The notes under the pieces: generated by a model
Told to the model about the DNA's origin: nothing
The model's input: the letters and a program-made list of their open reading frames with translations, nothing else
The model's database searches: none
Position numbers and translations under genes: made by a program
Source of the DNA: Hyphomicrobiales bacterium
Lineage (GTDB): Bacteria; Pseudomonadota; Alphaproteobacteria; Rhizobiales; JAJFHC01
Assembly: GCA_965227875.1 (NCBI GenBank)
Contig: OZ245783.1
Location: 4,978,251 to 5,042,250 of the forward strand
Direction: 5' to 3'
DNA length: 64,000 bases
Part shown: in pieces, positions 53,287-61,000 of the stretch
How the letters are laid out: the number at the start of each line of letters is the position of its first letter
Numbering within the stretch: the stretch's first letter is position 1

Positions 53287-55041
53287 TCACTGTGACGTCG
53301 TGTTCTGCGCCGGCGCCGGCGCGGGCCTTATGCCTTGCGGCGGGGAAATTCTGGCGAGTACGTCGTCGCGATCTCCGAAAAGTCTCGCCTCGCCTTCCGC
53401 GATCACGAGGATCTTGTCCACCATGCGGAGAATGTTCGGTCTGTGCGCAACGATCACGATTGTCGTTCCCATCTTCTTCAGCTCGGCCAATGTGGCCACA
53501 AGAGCGGACTCGCCCTCCTGATCGAGGTTCGACGACGGTTCATCGAGAACCACGAAACTCGGTTTGCCGTATACGGCCCGCGCCAGCCCGATCCTCTGTT
53601 TCTGGCCGCCGGACAGAAGTCCTCCTCCATCGCCCAGCCGCGTGTCGTATCCCTGCGGCAATCGAAGGATCATCTCGTGAGCATTGGCCAGGCGCGCGGC
53701 TTCCATGACGGCATCCGGATCCGGCTGCCCGAGACGGGCGATGTTCTCACTCACGGTCGCGTCGAACAGGTGCACGTCCTGGGCAAGGTAGCCGACATGT
53801 CGTCCACGGTCGTCGGCGTTCCATTCGGCAATGTCCATGCCGTCGAGACGCACATGCCCCACGCTCGGCTGGAGCGTCCCGACAAGCATGCGCACGAGCG
53901 TCGTCTTGCCGGCCGCCGTCGGCCCCACCACACCGACGGAATTGCCTGCCGCGATCTCGAACGAGATCTTGTTCAGGATCGGATGGTTTGACGTCTCCGT
54001 GACAAAGGAAATGTTGTCGACCTCGATACGCCCCTCGGGCCTTGGCAGCGGCGTCCCCTCCTGAAGTTTCTGCTCTTCGTTGAGCTGCTGTTTCAACCGG
54101 CCCAGTGCTTCGCGGGCGCCGATCCCGGAGCGCCATGACGCTATGGACTGATCGATCGGGGCGAGAGCACGCGCCATGAGAATCGAGGCCGCTATCATCC
54201 CGCCAGGGGTCAAGGATCCGCCGAGTACGAGCCAGGCGCCAACACCAAGAACGGCGACCTGCATCGACAGCCGGATCCCCCTGACGACAGAACGCAGGAT
54301 GCCGCCGCGCCGGTTCGCCTGCGAACTCTTGGACAGGACGTCGAGCTTTGCCTTCTTCCACCGGCCGACGATTGCCGGCAGCATCCCCATCGACTGAACC
54401 GTATCCGAACCCCGAACCGCGGCGTCTGCCATGTGTAAAGAGTTGATTGACTCCCGATCCGCTTCGGCGAGTTTTCGTTTGGTGACGAATTCATTCAAAA
54501 GAGCGAGGGCCAGCAACACCACCGCGCCGGTCGCCGACAGCCACCCGAGCACGGGATGGAGGATGAATATTGCGAGAAGGAATATCGGCGTCCATGGCAT
54601 GTCCATCAGCGGAAACACCGACGGACCGGTCAAGAAACTCCGAATAGTGGAAAGATCGCGCAATCCCTGGACCGACTTGACCGACGTCCTCCCCAGCGCC
54701 TGAACCACACCCGACTTGAGTACGTCTCCACTCAGAAAGGCGTCGAACCAGGATCCGACCCTGTCCATCACTTCGTTCCGGACGACATCCAGAACGCCGT
54801 AGACCACGAACGCGACAATAGCGATGATGGTGAGGTAGAGCAGCGTTTCGTAACTGCGGCTGGTCAGCACCCGATCGAACACCTGAAGCATGTAGATCGG
54901 TGCCGTCAGCATCAGGAGATTCACGAAAAGACTGAACCCCGCAGCGACGGCGATTCCCCTCTTGCATCGCCTCGTCGCGAGCCGGAGCACATCCGCCATT
55001 GTCGACGCACGGGTCTGCGTGACGGGTCCACCGGACGTCAT
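53287..55041 (-). CDS. Type I secretion system permease/ATPase (PrtD type, no C39 domain)
   Basis: LFVNLLMLTAPIYMLQVFDRVLTS, GPTAAGKTTL, LSGGQKQRIGLARA, VLDEPSSNLD. The start is placed at M16, after the RTX stop. Confidence 0.9.
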   Translation of the reverse strand: MTSGGPVTQTRASTMADVLRLATRRCKRGIAVAAGFSLFVNLLMLTAPIYMLQVFDRVLTSRSYETLLYLTIIAIVAFVVYGVLDVVRNEVMDRVGSWFDAFLSGDVLKSGVVQALGRTSVKSVQGLRDLSTIRSFLTGPSVFPLMDMPWTPIFLLAIFILHPVLGWLSATGAVVLLALALLNEFVTKRKLAEADRESINSLHMADAAVRGSDTVQSMGMLPAIVGRWKKAKLDVLSKSSQANRRGGILRSVVRGIRLSMQVAVLGVGAWLVLGGSLTPGGMIAASILMARALAPIDQSIASWRSGIGAREALGRLKQQLNEEQKLQEGTPLPRPEGRIEVDNISFVTETSNHPILNKISFEIAAGNSVGVVGPTAAGKTTLVRMLVGTLQPSVGHVRLDGMDIAEWNADDRGRHVGYLAQDVHLFDATVSENIARLGQPDPDAVMEAARLANAHEMILRLPQGYDTRLGDGGGLLSGGQKQRIGLARAVYGKPSFVVLDEPSSNLDQEGESALVATLAELKKMGTTIVIVAHRPNILRMVDKILVIAEGEARLFGDRDDVLARISPPQGIRPAPAPAQNTTSQ

Positions 55042-55069
55042 TTTCGGATCGCCCCTCGACGCATTTCTC

Positions 55070-58000
55070 TCATATGAGGAAATCATCCGCGTCGAGATCG
55101 CTTACCTGGGCATTCTGCAGGATCAGCAGATCATTTGCGTCAAGCTGAATATGCACATCCGGGCCGACATCGGTGGCCGCTGCGGTAACCGCCGCGAAGT
55201 TGGCGAACCCGAAATCGGTGATGTCGATCTGCTCGAGAACAGTGGCACCCAGATCGAAATCGGTGATCGTGTCCGTACCCGTACCGTTTTCGAAAACAAA
55301 CAGGTCGTCGCCGGCACCTCCGATGAGAGTATCGAAATCGAGCCCGCCATTCAGCGTGTCGTTTCCATCGTTGCCGTTCAGCGTATCCGCACCGTCACCA
55401 CCGCTGATGGTGTCGTTTCCGCCGCCGCCACGCAGGTCGTCATTGCCGGCCCCGCCGTCGAGGATGTCGTTGCCGAGTTCGCCGCGCAGCTGGTTTGCAT
55501 TGCCGTCGCCCGTGATCGTGTCGTCGAAGTCCGAGCCACGCACATTCTCGATGCTGATCAGGGTATCGCTGGTGCCATGTCCGTCGTCGATCACCTGGTT
55601 CGACGCCGGAGACAGGTCGACATTGATGCCACCCGGCGAATCCGCATGGTCGATCCGGTCCGTGCCGCCACCACCGTCGATCGTGTCGCTGCCCGCCGAG
55701 CCGCGGAAGAAATTGTCTCCGCCGTCGCCCGTCAGTGTATCGGCATGACCCGAGCCGCGCAGGTAGTTCGCGTTGATGAACGTATCCGTGCCGATCTGGT
55801 CGCCATTGCCCAGATCGTTGTCCGTGGCGATACCCGTCACCAGGCTCGCGTTGACACCGTCGGCCGCGTTTTGCCAGCTCACCCGCCGGGTGAAGGCAGC
55901 CGAGCCGGTGAAGTCGACGAGATCGTCACCGTCACTCAGACGGATCTCGAGGAACGTGCCGAAGCTGTTCGTGTAGCTGCCGTCTGCATAGATCTGGTCA
56001 TCGTGATCGCTGTCGCGCAGAACGTGTATGCCCGTGACCGTGTCGACGCCCCCGAGACCGTCGGAGATCTCGTTGGCATTGAGGCCATGGCCTGCCGACG
56101 TCGACAGGTTGGCCACGATACCGCTCGTCGACGTGGCGTAACTCACGTTCGCCCAGTCGTAATAGGCGCCCGTGTCGGTGACCTGGATGGTGTCGTTGCC
56201 GACACCGCCCGTCATGATCGAGAAACCGCCCTGCGACACCAGCGTATCGTCACCGTCGCCGCCATCGAGCAAATCGAGACCGTTGAAGTCCTGCACGGCA
56301 CCGCCGGAGTAGAGCGTGTCGTTGCCGGTACCGCCCTGCAGGGTGTCGTTGCCGGCACCACCGTCGAGGATGTCGTCGCCGCCGGCAAGGCCGCCTTCGT
56401 CGCCGAAGTCGCCGATCAGCGTGTCGTCGCCGTCACCGCCCGTGAGCGTGTCGATGCCCGTCCCGCCCCACAGCGTGTCATGGCCCGAACCGCCCGTGAT
56501 CTGGTCGTCCCATTGGGAGCCGTTCACGATCTCGATGCTGACCAGCGTGTCCGTGCCGCCCTTGCCGTCGTCGATCACCTGGCCGGAACCCAGGCTCAGG
56601 TCCACCACGATGCCGGACGTCGAATCCGCATGGTCGATCCGGTCCTGCCCCGCACCGCCGTCGATCAGGTCGTCGCCGCCAGAGCCACGGAACCGGTTGT
56701 TATTGCCGTCGCCCGTCAGCGTATCCGCGAAGTTCGATCCGCGCAGGTAGTTGGCGTTGATGAACGTGTCCGTCCCGATCTGGTCGCCATTGCCCAGGTT
56801 GTTGTCCGTGGCGATACCCGTCACCAGGCTCGCATTGACCCCATCGGCCGCGTTCTGCCAGCTCACACGCCGCGTGCCCGCACCCGAGCCCGTGAAGTCG
56901 ACGAGGTCGTCCCCGCCGCTCAGGCGGATCTCCAGGAACGTCCCGAAGCTGTTCGTGTAGCTGCCGTCCGCATAGATCTGGTCGTCGTGGTCGCTGTCAC
57001 GCAGCACGTGCAGGCCGGTGACCGTGTCGGTTCCGCCGAGACCGTCGCTGATCTCGTTGGCATTCAGCCCGTGGCCCGCCGATGTCGACAGGTTGGCGAT
57101 GATGCCGCTGGTCGACGTCGCATAGGTGACGTTCGCCCAGTCCCACCAGTTGCCCGTGTCGACGATCTGGATCGTGTCGTCGCCCGTGCCGCCTTCGAGA
57201 AGCTCGAAGCCGCCCTGGCCGACCAGCGTATCGTCGCCGTCGCCGCCGAAGAGCCGGTCGCCCGACCCGAAGAAGGCCGCGGTCGCGTTGAGCGGCGCAC
57301 CGCCCGAGTAGATCGTGTCGTTGCCCGCACCACCCTCGAGCCAGTCTTCCCCCGACCCGCCATCGATGATGTCGTTGCCGGACGCACCGCTGATCCAGTC
57401 GTCGCCTGCACCGCCGTCGAGCGTGTCGTCGCCGCCGGTGATGTTGACATCGTCGCTCCAGTCGCCGGTGATGGAGTCGTTGCCATCGCCGCCGTCGATC
57501 ACGTCGTTGCCGTAGTTGCCGTCAAGCTGGTTGTCGCCCGCATCGCCGGTGATCGTGTCGTCGAACGCACCACCCTGCACGTTCTCGATGCTGATCAGCG
57601 TATCCGTGCCGCCCTTGCCGTCGTCGATCACCTGGCCGGACGCCAGGCTCAGGTCCACCACGATACCCGACGTGGAATCTCCATGGTCGATCCGGTCCTG
57701 TCCCGCGCCACCGTCGATCAGGTCGTCCCCGCCCGAGCCCCGGAACCGGTTGTCGTTGCCGTCGCCCGTCAGCGTGTCGGCGAAGTTCGACCCCCGCAGG
57801 TAGTTCGCGTTGATGAACGTGTCCGTCCCGATCTGGTCGCCATTGCCGAGATCGTTGTCCACCGCCGTGCCCGTCACCAGGCTCGCGTTCACGCCATCGG
57901 CCGCGTTCTGCCAGCTGATCCGCCGTGTGCCCGCACCCGAACCGGTGAAGTCCGCGAGGTCGTCGCCGCCGCTCAGGCGGATCTCCAGGAACGTGCCGAA

Positions 58001-61000
58001 GCTGTTCGTGTAGCTGCCGTCCGCATAGATCTGGTCGTCATGGTCGCTGTCGCGGATCACATGAAGGCCGGTGACCGTGTCGGTTCCGCCGAGACCGTCG
58101 CTGATCTCGTTGGCATTCAGGCCGTGGCCTGCCGAGGACGACAGGTTGGCCACGATACCGCTCGTCGAGGTCGCATAGTTGACGATCGCCCAGTCCCAGA
58201 ACGCGCCGGGATCGGTGATCTGGATCGTGTCGTCGCCCGCACCGCCCTCGAGGATCGCGTAACCGCCCTGGCCGACCAGCGTATCGTCGCCGTCACCGCC
58301 GAAGAGCCGGTCGCCCGACCCGAAGTAGTTCGCCGCGATCGTGTACGGCGCACCGCCCGAATAGATCGTGTCGTTGCCGACACCGCCTTCGAGCCAGTCG
58401 TCGCCTGCACCGCCGTCGATGATGTCGTCACCGCCGAGCAGGTTCGTCGCATCGCCGAAGTCGCCGATCAGCGTGTCGTTGCCGTCGCCGCCCGTCAGCG
58501 TGTCGTTGCCGTACTGGCCCCAGATCGTGTCGTCGCCGGCACTGCCCGTGATCTGGTCGGCGAAGTAACCGCCGTTGATGATCTCGATATTGCTGATCGT
58601 GTCCGTCGAACCGAACCCGTCGTCGATCACCTGGCCCGAACCCAGGCTCAGGTCGATCACCAGCCCGCCCGGCGAATCCCAGTGCTCGAGACGGTCCGTG
58701 CCGCCCCCGCCGTCGATCGTGTCATTGCCGTCCGAACCCCGGAACCGCTCGTTCGCGCCCGAGCCCGTCAGCGTGTCGTCGAAGTACGAACCGCGCAGCT
58801 GGTTGGCGTTGATGAACGTGTCCGTCCCGATCTGGTCGCCATTGCCGAGATTGTTGTCCACCGCCGTGCCCGTCACAAGGCTGGCGTTCACGCCGTCGGC
58901 CGCATATCGCCAGCTCATCCGCCGGCCGCCGCCCGACATCCCCGTCAGGTCGACATGGTCGTCGCCGCCGCTCAGGCGCACCTCGATCCAGTTGCCGTAA
59001 TTGTTGGCATGCGTGCCGTCCACGAAGATCTGGTCGTCGTGGTCGCTGTCACGGATCACGTGGACGCCCGTCACATTGTCCACGCCGCCAAGCCCGTCGG
59101 AGACCTCATGTGCCCCCAGCCCGTGGCCCGCCGACGTCGACAGGTTGGCCACGATCCCGCTCGTCGAGGTCTGGTAGCCGACGATGGCGAAGTCCCAGTC
59201 CACGCTGCCGAACGCGTTCGTCACCTGGATGGTGTCGTTGCCCGCACCGCCCGTCACCAACAGCCCACCGCCTTCCGCGATCAGCGTGTCGTCGCCGTCC
59301 CCGCCGTCCAGAACGTCGAAGCCGTTGAAGTCCAGATCCGACCCCCCGCTGCGCAGCGTGTCGTTGCCAAGCCCGCCGATCAGAGTGTCGTTGCCGCCAA
59401 GGCCGCTGATGTCGTCATTGCCGCCAAGGCCGTCAATCACGTCAGCACCAGGCGTGCCCACAAGAATGTCGTCGCCGCTGGTCGCAACACCGTTCTGGAA
59501 CGTGAAGTCGTCCGCATGAAGCTGACTCACCAGCACGTTCTGCAACACGAGCGTGTCGCCCGAAGACAGGGTGATCGTCGTGTCCGTGCCGTTATCCGTG
59601 GCGAAGTTCGCCACCAGGTCGGCAAAGTCGACAATGCCGGAGTTGATCAGCGTGACGCTGTCATCCGTTCCCGCACCTGCAACGAAGTCGGTGATCGTGT
59701 CATTACCGTAGCCCGGGCGGAAGATGAAGGTGTCGTCACCGCCATGGCCCTCGAGCGTATCATTGCCCGTACCACCGTCCAGCGTATCGTCCCCGCCCGC
59801 AGACGTCGGATCGCTGATCAGATCACCATGGAGACTGTCATCCCCGTCTCCGCCGATAAGCGTGTCATTGCCGATGTTGATCGGAAAAGCCGCGTCGTAA
59901 TAGCGTTCGCCGATCAGCGTATCGTTGCCGTCACCGCCGCGGATGATGTCGTCCCCGCCCAGACCGCGAAGAAGATTGCCACTGGCATCCCCGGTCATGT
60001 CGTCGGCATGTTCACTGCCGTCATACTGTTCGATACTGATCAGCGTATCCGTGAAACCGTCGCCATCATCGACGACCTGCCCGCTGGCAAGAGTCAGGTC
60101 GAGCACGATACCGTGCTGCGCGCCTTCATGACCGACCGCATCCTGGCCGAGCCCGCCGTCGATTGTGTCCGAGCCAGCGTGTCCGTAAATGTATTCATCA
60201 CCGTCGCCACCATCGATTATATCGTCGCCGGCACCGCCAAGAATAAAGTCGTTACCCGAACCGCCGCTGAGCGTGTCATTTCCATCACCGCCTTGCACAC
60301 TATCGTTACCGGCGGCGCCATCAATGATATCATTGCCCCCTTCACCACGAAGAAGGTTGTCAAAGGTGTCACCTGTCATCTGGTCGGAGAAATTTGAGCC
60401 GGAAATGCTCTCAATATTTATAAGCGTGTCCGTGCCACCAAGCCCATCATCAACTACCTGATTTGTCCCAAAATTCAGATCTATAACAACACCGCCGATA
60501 GAATCGTAATAGTGGATTTCATCCGTCCCCGTACCACCGTCAAGTGTGTCGTTACCCCTTCCTCCGACTAATATGTCGTTACCCGAACCACCACTGATCG
60601 TGTCGTTGCCGGCACCGCCTTCGAGCCAGTCTTCGCCCGACCCGCCGTCGATGATGTCGTTGCCGGACGCACCGCTGATCCAGTCGTCGCCTGCACCGCC
60701 GTCGAGCGTGTCGTCGCCGCCGGTGATGTTGACATCGTCGCTCCAGTCGCCGGTGATGGAGTCGTTACCATCGCCGCCGTCGATCACGTCGTTGCCGTAG
60801 TTGCCGTCAAGCTGGTTGTCGCCCGCATCGCCGGTGATCGTGTCGTCGAACGCACCACCCTGCACGTTCTCGATGCTGATCAGCGTATCCGTGCCGCCCT
60901 TGCCGTCGTCGATCACCTGGCCGGACGCCAGGCTCAGGTCCACCACGATGCCCGACGTGGAATCTCCATGGTCGATCCGGTCCTGTCCCGCGCCACCGTC

